Source: a virus
Lineage: Duplodnaviria > Caudoviricetes
Length of the DNA stretch: 29,874 nucleotides
IMG/VR virus record: IMGVR_UViG_3300031673_000339
Location: 1 to 29,874 of that record
Strand: one strand, 5' to 3'
Below the pieces are notes generated by a model. That model searched no databases and was not told the DNA's origin. It saw nothing but the letters and a program-made list of their open reading frames with translations. This document shows positions 8,383 to 17,775 of this stretch, piece by piece (the first letter of the stretch is position 1; each line of letters starts with the position of its first letter). The position numbers and the translations under genes were made by a program.

Positions 8383-8526
8383 ATGAAGATCAAAGATATG
8401 ATATGCCCAAACGGATGAACAAACTGCCGAGATTGCCAATTTACTATAGTGTTTATATCTAAAAAGAAAGTAGGGGGTACAGGATGGGCAATATACAAAA
8501 AGCTGGAAAATATGCAGGTGAATTAG
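8383..8526 (+). pseudogene. Small Cys-rich ORF interrupted by an in-frame TGA
   Basis: AAGGAG RBS; MKIKDMICPNG*TNCRDCQFTIVF..., with TGA at 8416-8418 inside a Cys cluster. Confidence 0.35.
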
Positions 8527-9026
8527 TTGCAAAAGAAGCCAAGAAAGACGCCTTATTTCTTACTAAGTTTTATCTAACGGGATTTAGATCACAAGAGCAG
8601 TATGTTAAAAATCTAGCTGAGAATATAAATGACAGATACGAGACAAGTATAACGCCGATGTATGGGGAGCATATAGGGCATAGTTCAGCTCCCAAGATGG
8701 AGCTAGGGGCGAAACTAGCAGACAGTTCATTACACCAGCAACAAAAAGCAGATTATATCAAGGCTAAACACTTGGCAGAACAGATAAAGACTGCCATAGA
8801 CGGATTGCCTAAGGCTGAAAAAGTAATTATGCAGCATAGGTATATCAATAACACAAAAACGCCATGGGATATAGTATCTGGGATAGTTGGGTATGAAAGA
8901 AGAAACTGCATGTATTTGCATGATAAAGGATTACGGAGTGTCGCTATCTGTCTATTTGGAATAACAGACGTATTAAAGGTTGAGAAATATAAAGAGGATA
9001 AGATGAATAGACAACACATGTTATAA
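8484..9026 (+). CDS. ArpU/RinA-like late-gene transcriptional activator
   Basis: IKTAIDGLPKAEKVIMQHRYI...WDIVSGIVGYERRNCMYLHDKGL sigma-region-4-like HTH; last gene before the packaging module. Confidence 0.8.
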   Translation: MGNIQKAGKYAGELVAKEAKKDALFLTKFYLTGFRSQEQYVKNLAENINDRYETSITPMYGEHIGHSSAPKMELGAKLADSSLHQQQKADYIKAKHLAEQIKTAIDGLPKAEKVIMQHRYINNTKTPWDIVSGIVGYERRNCMYLHDKGLRSVAICLFGITDVLKVEKYKEDKMNRQHML

Positions 9027-9028
9027 AC

Positions 9029-9073
9029 ATTGCACTTTGATTGCACCAAATAATGTTAAAAAGGGTTTATAAT
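9029..9073 (+). promoter_or_regulatory. Putative activator-dependent late promoter
   Basis: Direct repeat ATTGCAC (9029, 9040; 11-bp period) upstream of TATAAT (9068-9073), with no canonical -35 at 17 bp. Confidence 0.6.
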
Positions 9074-9199
9074 AGTAAGGTAGAGAGATAAAGAAATTTA
9101 TTAACACACATAAACCGGGTATAATGCAGGGTACAGAGAGTATGCCGTGCAGGGAGATTCGCTACCCAACTGCCGATATGAAGTGCGAGGATTATATGC

Positions 9200-9242
9200 A
9201 GGACCCGTGCTGGACTAATAACCCACGTTGGGTCCTTTTTTA
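9200..9242 (+). terminator. Terminator-like hairpin in the late leader
   Basis: AGGACCC...GGGTCCT followed by a T-run. Confidence 0.55.
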
Positions 9243-9265
9243 TTCGACACAAAAGGAGAAAGACT

Positions 9266-9415
9266 ATGATTAAGAAAGATAATCTCGTAAAAAAAGAACC
9301 TGCTAAATCCCCGCCAAAGATTAAATATGAAGATACGAAGGAATTTATGGCATATGACCATATGATGCGGGATAATCGTTACTATCCACAAAGGAGGTAT
9401 ACTCAATGGCGCTAA
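9266..9415 (+). CDS. Hypothetical protein (49 aa, not in the ORF track)
   Basis: AAGGAG RBS; MIKKDNLVKKEPAKSPPKIKYEDTKEFMAYDHMMRDNRYYPQRRYTQWR; overlaps the terS start. Confidence 0.6.
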   Translation: MIKKDNLVKKEPAKSPPKIKYEDTKEFMAYDHMMRDNRYYPQRRYTQWR

Positions 9416-10020
9416 CACCAATGCAACAAGCATTTATAGCAGAATATCTTGTGGATCACAATGCAAAGCGTGCGGCCATTCGCGCAGGGTACTCACCCGC
9501 CACGGCTGAGACAACAGGCCACAAAAACCTCCAAAAGCCACAAATCGCAAGTGCAATTCAAGAAGTAATGGATGAGCGATCTAGGCGTACAGGGATTACA
9601 TCGGACCACGTGCTTGAAGAGATTGCGAGCATAGCTAATGATGATATATCCAACTATCTTGACTTCCACGCAGAAAAAGTGCAAGTGGGCGAAGAGGACG
9701 GCGTGCCTATTTACGAACGTAGAATAATTGTCGAAGTAAAAGACTCCAAGACAATTAACACAAAGAATATATCAGAAATAAGTATTGGTAAGGACGGCCA
9801 GTTTAAATTCAAGTTATACAACAGGGATGAAGCATTGGTGAACCTGGGTAAACATTTGAAGTTATTCACGGATAAGACAGAAATCACCGGTCCAAACGGA
9901 GGTAAAATTGAGCTAGATATAGCTTTAGAGGGAATGAGTGACGATGATTTACTCAAAACTATTGAGAGAACAAGCAGTATCATTAATTCACTGCAAAAAC
10001 GAGTTAGCCCGCAGGATTAA
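9406..10020 (+). CDS. terS: Terminase small subunit
   Basis: LTPMQQAFIAEYLVDHNAKRAAIRAGYS and ALVNLGKHLKLFTDK motifs (Terminase_2-like). Confidence 0.95.
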   Translation: MALTPMQQAFIAEYLVDHNAKRAAIRAGYSPATAETTGHKNLQKPQIASAIQEVMDERSRRTGITSDHVLEEIASIANDDISNYLDFHAEKVQVGEEDGVPIYERRIIVEVKDSKTINTKNISEISIGKDGQFKFKLYNRDEALVNLGKHLKLFTDKTEITGPNGGKIELDIALEGMSDDDLLKTIERTSSIINSLQKRVSPQD

Positions 10021-11419
10021 TGAAAACGGGATAAAATATTATTACCCACACAAAAAACAAGAGGATTTTCACAGGTCCATTAATCGTAATAGGTGGGTTT
10101 TTGGTGGAAACAGGACCGGAAAAACCGTCTCAGGCGGGGCAGAGGCCGTCTGGTACGCCACAGGAACGCACCCATACAAGAACCTGCTTCCTTCTTCTGG
10201 ATGGGTTGTATCCCTCACCAATGAGGTACAACGTGACGTAGCGCAAAAAGAGGTTTTACATTGGCTTCCTAAAAGCGAGATTGCAGATGTCTCGGTCAGG
10301 TCCGGAAAAAAGGATGATCCAGAGAATGCAATTATTGACTTTATCCTATTAAAGAATGGTAAAAAAATAGGCTTTAAATCCTGCGATCAAGGCAGAGCAA
10401 AGTTTCAAGGAACTAGCCAGGGTTGGATCTGGTTTGATGAGGAACCTCCCAAAGACATCTACGACGAGTGCAAGATGCGAGTAATTGATACCCGTGGCGA
10501 TATGTGGGGAACAATGACTCCCTTACAAGGACTAACGTGGGTTTATGATACAGTTTACATGAATGAGATTAATGACCCTGGCGTTAAGTATTGGCTGATG
10601 GAGTGGTCAGATAATCCACACCTTAGCCGGGAAGAGATAACACAACTTGAAGCAACGATGTCAAGTGATGAACGAGAAGCAAGACAGTATGGTAAGTTCG
10701 TTGCTATGACAGGATTAGTCTATAAAGAGTTCAGAGAGGATATTCATGTCATTGAGCCGTTCGATGTGCCAAAGGAATGGTACGATAACATAAGTATTGA
10801 CCCTGGGCTTGCAGCACCCCTCAGCTGTCACTTCTACGCTTGTGATAATGACGGTAACCTCTATGCTATAGCCGAGCACTATCAAGCCGGTAAGGATATT
10901 GAGTGGCACTCAGAACAGATTAAAGCCATGGCCAACGAGCTAAAGTGGCCGAAGATGAGAGAAGGCTCAATCGAAGCACTCTTTGACAGTGCGGCCAATC
11001 AAAAGACTTTAGCCGCTGAAAAATCTGTAGCTGAATTGTTTTCTGAGCAAGGTATCTATGCGAATACTAATGTTATCAAGGACAAATGGACTGGGATCCA
11101 ACGGGTAAAGCAATTCCTCAAGCTCCGGGAACATCCACAAAAAGAAGTCTGGCCCAAGGGGAAACCGAAGTTATTCATCTTTACTACCTGTCCGATGCTG
11201 ATAAAGGAAATGAAGTCCTATCGTTGGAAGCCGGATGCTGATGAGCCACTCAAAGTAAACGATCACGCATTGGACGAGTTACGTTACTACATCATGTCAA
11301 GACCTGAACCATATAAGGAACCACTTAAGCCAGACTTCGACCCATCACTATCTGGCAGAGCACAACGGCACAGGGACAACATTACCAAAAAGCCCAAAGG
11401 GAGGTACACAGACCTATGA
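9938..11419 (+). CDS. terL: Terminase large subunit
   Basis: GGNRTGKT Walker A, WFDEEP Walker B, TMTP, SIDPG and NDHALDELRY nuclease motifs. Confidence 0.95.
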   Translation: MTMIYSKLLREQAVSLIHCKNELARRINENGIKYYYPHKKQEDFHRSINRNRWVFGGNRTGKTVSGGAEAVWYATGTHPYKNLLPSSGWVVSLTNEVQRDVAQKEVLHWLPKSEIADVSVRSGKKDDPENAIIDFILLKNGKKIGFKSCDQGRAKFQGTSQGWIWFDEEPPKDIYDECKMRVIDTRGDMWGTMTPLQGLTWVYDTVYMNEINDPGVKYWLMEWSDNPHLSREEITQLEATMSSDEREARQYGKFVAMTGLVYKEFREDIHVIEPFDVPKEWYDNISIDPGLAAPLSCHFYACDNDGNLYAIAEHYQAGKDIEWHSEQIKAMANELKWPKMREGSIEALFDSAANQKTLAAEKSVAELFSEQGIYANTNVIKDKWTGIQRVKQFLKLREHPQKEVWPKGKPKLFIFTTCPMLIKEMKSYRWKPDADEPLKVNDHALDELRYYIMSRPEPYKEPLKPDFDPSLSGRAQRHRDNITKKPKGRYTDL

Positions 11420-11613
11420 GCGAACTACTACAAACACTGGCAATTATATCTATGCTGGTGTTTCTTTATTTCTACAACAAAAGCATGGCAACAGAACGGC
11501 AACAACTCTATGACCGCATACACTCGAAGGATTTCATTGAGTTCAAACAAATGACAGAAGTTGTAGAGACTAAACCAAAACAAGAGAAGGAGAATGTATA
11601 TGTCGAGCTTTAA
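11416..11613 (+). CDS. Small protein with an N-terminal hydrophobic helix
   Basis: LLQTLAIISMLVFLYFY; GGAGG RBS; ATGA overlap with the terL stop. Confidence 0.75.
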   Translation: MSELLQTLAIISMLVFLYFYNKSMATERQQLYDRIHSKDFIEFKQMTEVVETKPKQEKENVYVEL

Positions 11614-11860
11614 ACTATACATGGGTGGATTCAGGCATATTCAAGGCGTAGTAATAGCGGAAAGCAAGAAAGAAGCAGAGGTAAAGCTATATAAGGAGTT
11701 GAACCTCGGTTCTCTACCTTGTGAAGTTAAAGAGGTGGATCTTCCTGACCATCAAATAATTCTTAAAACCATTACCCTTAAAGTAGATGGTCCAGAGGAT
11801 GCGGTTATTGATTCTGTTAAAGAAGTTGTTGAGCTAAAACCAAAGAATCCTAAAAAGTAG
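11594..11860 (+). CDS. Hypothetical protein
   Basis: AAGGAG RBS, overlaps the upstream gene. Confidence 0.75.
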   Translation: MYMSSFKLYMGGFRHIQGVVIAESKKEAEVKLYKELNLGSLPCEVKEVDLPDHQIILKTITLKVDGPEDAVIDSVKEVVELKPKNPKK

Positions 11861-11893
11861 GGCTTCTTTTTATTTGAAAGGTGGTGAAAGCAC

Positions 11894-13816
11894 TTGGCTA
11901 AAATCATTATTGATAAACCTGAAACTGTTAATGAGCAAGAAGCAGTAACGTTTGTTGAGGAACGGTTTAAAGAAGGCGAAAACCTTCCTCTGCTTCAACA
12001 ATGGGCCGTGAATATCGCATATCTTACAGGGAAACAGTGGGTAGTTTTTGATAAGAGTAGTCGTAAGATAGTCGAAAAACCTAAAGAACTTTGGGAAGAA
12101 CGAGTTACTATTAATAGAATCCGTCCTATCGTTCGGACTGAACTTGCCAAGATCACTAAGTCCAAACTTCAATTTACCGTAATACCCGTAACAAATGAAG
12201 AAGAGGACATAGATGCTGCTAAGGTAGGAACTCAAGCGGTAGAACACGTCTGGCGTAACTCAAACATGGACGAGAAACGATTCAAGACAGCCTTATGGCA
12301 GATCACAACAGGCACAGGTATCAAAAAGACGTTTTGGAATGACAAACTTGGTGACGAGGCACAGTTAAATACCTTAGATGAGCAGGGTGAATTTGCCCTA
12401 GATGAACAAGGTCAAGAGGTCATGCAATCTAAAGCATTAGGTGATGTTGATAATTCAGTAGTTTCACCCTTTAACTTTAGATTTGACCCATCCGTTACAG
12501 AATTTGACGATGCTAAGTGGTGTGTTGAGGACATCCTAAGAACTACTGATGAAGTCAAAGAAACCTACGATGTCGAAGTATCTCCCGATGGCGGGTTGGC
12601 TTCAACAAATCTTTTCAACAGCATGTTAGCTAATGTTAACGGCCAAACGTCTGACTATAAGCCTACAAAGGTTAAGGATGGCGTTATAGTAAAGGAATAC
12701 TGGGAGAAAAAGAGTGTTAAACATCCAAAAGGCAGACACATAACCATAGCAAACGGAAAACTCTTACAATACGAAGACAATCCGTATGACAGACTGCCAT
12801 ACTTTCTGTTTGCTCACAATCTAGTACCCGGTAGAGTTCATGGAGCAAGCAACATTGAGGACCTTATCCCTATCCAAAGAGAGTACAACAAAACAAGGAC
12901 ACAGCGCAGACTCAATCAGACTAGGGCAGGAAGTCCAAGAATGTTAGTCGAGGCCAACTCACTGATCGATGAGCCAACAAATGAACCTGCAGAAATCGTA
13001 GAGTACAAAATGGGGAAAAACATGCCTCAGTGGGAAACGCCACCGGCAGAACCCGGACATATCCAAGCGGAGTTAGAACTCCAACTGCGCGACTTTGAGG
13101 ACATCTCAGGCATCCATGAGGTGTCAAGGGGTGCAGCTCCAACGGGTGTTAAATCAGGGATTGCCTTAAATTTCTTAGCAGAGCAGGATGAAACAAAGTT
13201 TGGACCTATCATCCACAACATTGAGTCAACCTATGAAAAATGGGCGCAATTCGTCCTTGTGCTTATCCAGAAGAACTATATCGAACCGCGCATGATTAAG
13301 ATTGTGGGTAAGAATAATCAAGTTGATGTTAAAGAGTTTCAAGGCTCAGACTTAAAAGGTAATATGGATGTCCGTGTTATCGCCGGGTCAGCTATGCCGA
13401 AGTCAACAGTAGCACGTCAAGATTTTGTGCTAAATCTTTGGGACAGGCATATCCTCACAGACCCTCAGAAGGCTTTGAAGTTGCTAGAATTCGGCAACAT
13501 AGAAGAAGTATTCGAGGATTTAAGCATTGATGTGAACCAAGCCAAGGCAGAACAGAAACAATGGCTAAAAGGAGATTTTGATCACCAGACGAGAGACTTC
13601 TACAACCATGAGATTCATATTACCGAGCATAACAAATACAGGAAGTCAGACGATTACGAGAAGTCGCAGTACCAACAACAAGTAGATGATCATGTAGCGC
13701 AGCATTCAATGTATGCTCAAAATTTAGCAAAAACCATAGCAGCTGCTAATGTCGCACAAGCACCCATTCAAGGTTTACCGTCTACAGGACTTCCACCAAT
13801 GGGTATTTCACAATAA
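11894..13816 (+). CDS. Portal protein (P22/podovirus-type, 640 aa)
   Basis: Size and position; TINRIRPIV, VVSPFNFRFDP, IEDLIPIQREYNK and ISGIHEVSRG...SGIAL motifs. Confidence 0.88.
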   Translation: MAKIIIDKPETVNEQEAVTFVEERFKEGENLPLLQQWAVNIAYLTGKQWVVFDKSSRKIVEKPKELWEERVTINRIRPIVRTELAKITKSKLQFTVIPVTNEEEDIDAAKVGTQAVEHVWRNSNMDEKRFKTALWQITTGTGIKKTFWNDKLGDEAQLNTLDEQGEFALDEQGQEVMQSKALGDVDNSVVSPFNFRFDPSVTEFDDAKWCVEDILRTTDEVKETYDVEVSPDGGLASTNLFNSMLANVNGQTSDYKPTKVKDGVIVKEYWEKKSVKHPKGRHITIANGKLLQYEDNPYDRLPYFLFAHNLVPGRVHGASNIEDLIPIQREYNKTRTQRRLNQTRAGSPRMLVEANSLIDEPTNEPAEIVEYKMGKNMPQWETPPAEPGHIQAELELQLRDFEDISGIHEVSRGAAPTGVKSGIALNFLAEQDETKFGPIIHNIESTYEKWAQFVLVLIQKNYIEPRMIKIVGKNNQVDVKEFQGSDLKGNMDVRVIAGSAMPKSTVARQDFVLNLWDRHILTDPQKALKLLEFGNIEEVFEDLSIDVNQAKAEQKQWLKGDFDHQTRDFYNHEIHITEHNKYRKSDDYEKSQYQQQVDDHVAQHSMYAQNLAKTIAAANVAQAPIQGLPSTGLPPMGISQ

Positions 13817-13839
13817 AATAATGAAAGAGGTTATGTAAG

Positions 13840-14061
13840 GTGGCAAATCTGGTTAATAAACCCGGTTGGGCTAATGCAAAAGGTCAAGCAATGGCAGAAG
13901 TGAGTAAGGCAATGCCAAGTGCTAACAAAGCAATGCCAGGTCCAATGGATAAGCTGGTAGGAACAAATGACATAATGCAAGGCATGGATGCCAAGATGGA
14001 CACAATGCTGGCTATGATGGAGAAGATGATAGCAGGGAAGGGTCCTGGACCGGGAATGTAA
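13840..14061 (+). CDS. Small Met-rich protein
   Basis: AAGAGG RBS, GTG start, 13 Met in 73 aa. Confidence 0.65.
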   Translation: MANLVNKPGWANAKGQAMAEVSKAMPSANKAMPGPMDKLVGTNDIMQGMDAKMDTMLAMMEKMIAGKGPGPGM

Positions 14062-14080
14062 AAAGAAAGAAGGATTTTTA

Positions 14081-14278
14081 ATGTCAGATGAAAATTACCC
14101 ATTAGCAGATATTTATTATCACCTGAAACTTGTACCTAAGAAATGCACTATAAAACGCTACAATAATGATATTGACATTTATTTAAAGGGAGAGAATCTA
14201 GCGGCGTTTATATCAGACGTATTCCCTTTGTTTAGTGTAAAAATAGTTAACACAAACAGCGAAGGGTTCATGTTGTAA
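14081..14278 (+). CDS. Hypothetical protein
   Basis: AAGGA RBS, 65 aa. Confidence 0.55.
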   Translation: MSDENYPLADIYYHLKLVPKKCTIKRYNNDIDIYLKGENLAAFISDVFPLFSVKIVNTNSEGFML

Positions 14279-14345
14279 GTCAACAGCGAGCCAAATATGC
14301 ACCAATCCATTCTATGGAAGTGCACAAAGAAAGAGGTTTTATTTA

Positions 14346-15146
14346 ATGAGTGAAGACTTTGAAGCAAGTTCTAATGAGAGCACTTCAACCGATACCACAG
14401 TGGACACAAGCACAGTAGATACCTCAATGGATACAACCTCAGCCGATACCCCATCTGAAAGCCAGGTGGCAACACCACAGCTTTACACGATGAAGGTAAA
14501 TGGCCAAGAACGGCAACTAACATTAGAAGAGTTGACTGATTATGCCCAAAAAGGAACCGATTATACCCAAAAAACTCAATCTTTATCTCAAGAACGCAAA
14601 TATTATGAAACAATCCAAGCGAAAGCGATGGAACTTCAAAAATACGGCTGGGATATTGATAGTGTAATTGCCGAACTGAGCAAGAACCAAATTGAAGCTG
14701 ATGCTGCAACAAACAATGTGGATCCTAGATTGTGGGGTGAATTTCAAAATACAAAAGATAAACTAAGTTCTGTCGAAAACGAATTGAATTCATTCCGGAA
14801 AAATCAGACCATGATGCAACAAAAAACTACATTAGCAGACAAACCCTTCTACAAAGAATGGGAAAGTGCAATCGAAGCAGGAGCAAAGGACTGGAACACA
14901 GATTATGAAACCGCCTATACTCTCATATCGCAACAACATATGCCAGAAATTCTTGCCAAGCATGAGCAAGATCTAAAATCTGCTAAAGATACTGCGATTA
15001 AAGAGTATTTAGCTCAAAAGACAAAGCCTCAAGGTAACATTGAGGGTGGCGGGCAAGGTCCGGTTATCGAGACAACTGCGCCTAAAACCTTTGCTGAAGC
15101 CAAGAAAAACAGTTTGGAAATGTTAAAAACTATATTTAATAAATAA
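14346..15146 (+). CDS. Capsid scaffolding protein
   Basis: Acidic, low-complexity N-terminus; YTMKVNGQERQLTLEEL...GTDYTQKTQ motif; coiled coil; directly before the capsid gene. Confidence 0.85.
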   Translation: MSEDFEASSNESTSTDTTVDTSTVDTSMDTTSADTPSESQVATPQLYTMKVNGQERQLTLEELTDYAQKGTDYTQKTQSLSQERKYYETIQAKAMELQKYGWDIDSVIAELSKNQIEADAATNNVDPRLWGEFQNTKDKLSSVENELNSFRKNQTMMQQKTTLADKPFYKEWESAIEAGAKDWNTDYETAYTLISQQHMPEILAKHEQDLKSAKDTAIKEYLAQKTKPQGNIEGGGQGPVIETTAPKTFAEAKKNSLEMLKTIFNK

Positions 15147-15167
15147 AAGAAAGTAAAGGTGATTTAC

Positions 15168-16346
15168 GTGCCGACAACTTTAAGTGCGATTGATTCTATC
15201 CTCAAAAACCAATATCTCGGACCCCTTCGGGAGCAAGTAAACTACGATGTAGTTTTACTGGACATGCTCGAAAAGAATGCCGATGTTGTTACAGGGAAAA
15301 ACTTCACGGTCCCTCTGCATGTCGGAGGTAACGAGTCTGTTTCATCTGTGGCAGAAGGCGGAACTCTTCCAACAGCCGGTAATCAACAATATAAGGAAAC
15401 AATCATTCCACAACGTTATGTCTACGCCACAATAGAACTAACAGGACCTTCTATTAAAGCATCAAAAAACAATGCAGGAGCGTTTGTAAGGGCTATAGAA
15501 AGTGAAATGAAGGGAGCTTCCAGCGATTTCAAGCGTCAATTAAACAGAATGATGTTCGGAGATGGCACAGGTATTCTTTCTGTAGCTGGAACAACTACTG
15601 CATCCACAACGGTTGTAGTAGTAAGCACAAAGTATATCCGTCCTGGTATGACTATTGACGTTCTAGTAGCATCTACCGGAGCAACTGGAACTGGTGCAGT
15701 AGGTAGGACGGTAGTTTCCGTTGCATCTGCTACTACCTTTGTTATCTCTGGTGCTGCAATCACAACTGACAATACCTTCGCAGTTTATATCTCAGGATCT
15801 CGAAACATTGAAGTAATGGGACTATCTGGAATTGTTTCCACTACAAAAGTTCTCCAAACATTAGACCCTGCAACCTATACATGGTGGGCTGCTAATGTTT
15901 TAGCTAATGGCGGTACTCCTAGAGCAATCACAGAAGGTTTAATGCAGACAGCTATGGATACCACGGAAACTAATTCGGATGGTGCTGTCAAGGCCATTCT
16001 AACCTCTATGGGTGTTCGCCGTGCATATCAAGCACTCTTAACGACTAACCGGCGTTATGTGGCAACTACAGACCTAACCCTCAAGGGTGGGCGTAAAGCT
16101 CTCGACTACAATGGTCTGCCTTTAATCGCAGACAAAGATTGCCCTGTTGGCAAGATGTTTTTCCTTGACACTGATTATCTCCAAATCCTAGAGTTGAGTG
16201 ATTTTGACTGGATGCAAGAGGATGGAGCTATTCTGTCTCGTACTCCTGGTAAAGATGCTTATGGCGCTACTTTGTACCGCTACCTTGAATTAGGATGTAC
16301 TTCCAGAAATGCCCAAACACTGCTTTCTGATCTGATTGAGGGCTAA
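15168..16346 (+). CDS. Major capsid protein
   Basis: Size and position; AEGGTLP, DFKRQLNRMMFGDGTG, YNGLPLIADKDCP motifs; followed by a terminator. Likely start GTG 15168. Confidence 0.9.
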   Translation: MPTTLSAIDSILKNQYLGPLREQVNYDVVLLDMLEKNADVVTGKNFTVPLHVGGNESVSSVAEGGTLPTAGNQQYKETIIPQRYVYATIELTGPSIKASKNNAGAFVRAIESEMKGASSDFKRQLNRMMFGDGTGILSVAGTTTASTTVVVVSTKYIRPGMTIDVLVASTGATGTGAVGRTVVSVASATTFVISGAAITTDNTFAVYISGSRNIEVMGLSGIVSTTKVLQTLDPATYTWWAANVLANGGTPRAITEGLMQTAMDTTETNSDGAVKAILTSMGVRRAYQALLTTNRRYVATTDLTLKGGRKALDYNGLPLIADKDCPVGKMFFLDTDYLQILELSDFDWMQEDGAILSRTPGKDAYGATLYRYLELGCTSRNAQTLLSDLIEG

Positions 16347-16352
16347 TCTAAG

Positions 16353-16384
16353 GGGCAGAGTTAATTCTCTGCCCTATCTTTTTT
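16353..16384 (+). terminator. Intrinsic terminator after the capsid gene
   Basis: GGGCAGAG-TTAATT-CTCTGCCC followed by TATCTTTTTT. Confidence 0.8.
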
Positions 16385-16398
16385 AATGAGGTGCGAAC

Positions 16399-16713
16399 AT
16401 GGTTACAGGCGATATTTATAACATAGAAGAAAGACTGCAAGAACATGATCCTGACTTATCCTTAAAATTAAACAAAATAAACGGAAACTATGAAGTTCTA
16501 TACAAAAATCAACATGTCATGTCATGGGTTAGGCCATTAGACGATAGACTTATTAAACATATGCAGAAAATTGATTCACACAGAGGTTATGATGCAATAA
16601 AGGAAATTGATGCACACAACGATAAACTAGAACAAACTATCGAAAAAGACAGACTGAACTATTTAGAGGCAGTCGTAGAAGATAATAAGAAAGCACTTAT
16701 GAGAGAATTATAA
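16399..16713 (+). CDS. Hypothetical virion-module protein
   Basis: GAGGTG RBS, 104 aa. Confidence 0.8.
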   Translation: MVTGDIYNIEERLQEHDPDLSLKLNKINGNYEVLYKNQHVMSWVRPLDDRLIKHMQKIDSHRGYDAIKEIDAHNDKLEQTIEKDRLNYLEAVVEDNKKALMREL

Positions 16714-16750
16714 TGGCTAATAAAGATGTCGGGATATGAGGTGGTGAAAC

Positions 16751-17635
16751 ATGGCAGACGATTGGTATGAAATTCAGTGGGCATTAAAAAACAGGCAAAA
16801 AATTGTCTCCGCTGATGTTGTTGATTTTATAAGTGGAGATGGTTCAATTTCATTAAATAACTGCAAAATATTTGAGTATATAATCGAAGGCGAAACAGTC
16901 AATGTCGCAAGTGTTCAAAATGTAGGAAAACCTTATACCATATGGGAGATAAGGGCACCTGGAGCAGTACCAGAAGAAGCAACTATGACTCTTATGCTTC
17001 CATCAGGAGGTACTACTCCAGCATATTTTGTAGATTTTTCTATGATGAATTATGGTGGTTATCCTAGGTTTAACATTGTTGTGCAAACTAGAGGAGGGAC
17101 GCTTCAACCTCTAAATATAGTTTTTAATAATGGCATAATTTCCCCTTGTACTTTTCGATTTAGTCCTGATGGAACAACGGGTGTATTCAAGGATGTCCCA
17201 GAAGATAATCGAAAATTTACTTTAGGTAGTTTTGGTAGATTACAAGACGTTTTAAAAGGTGCAAATGCTTCAGATCCTGTAAATAATATATCCTGTTTTC
17301 TTTTTAATTGTTACGTTAGCGATCAAGCCACAATGACGTATACTAGAATTAATGAAAACGTAACATGCAGAAAAACACAAATGGATAACGATGGATTCAT
17401 CGTTTATGAAACAGGTGCGGGAGTTGGAACATTTACTGAAACTGATTGGGTTGACTTATTGAGAATTAGTTACAATACTTTTCGCTATAGAGGTAATAAT
17501 GTTGCAGTAAAAAAGACAAAAGCAGGAGCATTTATTGCTTCAGAGTTAGGGGTAAATGATATTGGGATAGATACAGTAAACAACAGGATGTATGTCAATG
17601 TTGGAGGAGTAGCTAAATATGTAGCGTTAACGTAA
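16751..17635 (+). CDS. Beta-rich protein, possible head fibre or receptor-binding module
   Basis: GAGGTGG RBS; visibly AT-richer than neighbours; fibre-like C-terminus (DIGIDTVNNRMYVNVGGVAKYVALT). Confidence 0.6.
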   Translation: MADDWYEIQWALKNRQKIVSADVVDFISGDGSISLNNCKIFEYIIEGETVNVASVQNVGKPYTIWEIRAPGAVPEEATMTLMLPSGGTTPAYFVDFSMMNYGGYPRFNIVVQTRGGTLQPLNIVFNNGIISPCTFRFSPDGTTGVFKDVPEDNRKFTLGSFGRLQDVLKGANASDPVNNISCFLFNCYVSDQATMTYTRINENVTCRKTQMDNDGFIVYETGAGVGTFTETDWVDLLRISYNTFRYRGNNVAVKKTKAGAFIASELGVNDIGIDTVNNRMYVNVGGVAKYVALT

Positions 17636-17748
17636 TTATTGAAATGTTGGTAAGTAGTGGAATGCGGATAAGCGAAATGACAAAATTAAATATCAAAGAT
17701 ATATCTGGTGCAAGTGCGTCACGAATGTACGACCAATTCCAAAGATAG
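17632..17748 (+). pseudogene. Tyrosine recombinase fragment (Box I)
   Basis: Translates as VIIEMLVSSGMRISEMTKLNIKDI...*, matching the XerC/D-type L..TG.R.SE...L...D motif; no good RBS and no Box II. Confidence 0.75.
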
Positions 17749-17775
17749 TTAATTTAAAAGAAAGGGGTGTACTTT

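Noticed and set aside
9124-9273. 49-codon ORF in the late leader
   Set aside because: No RBS and it runs through a terminator-like hairpin; treated as non-coding.
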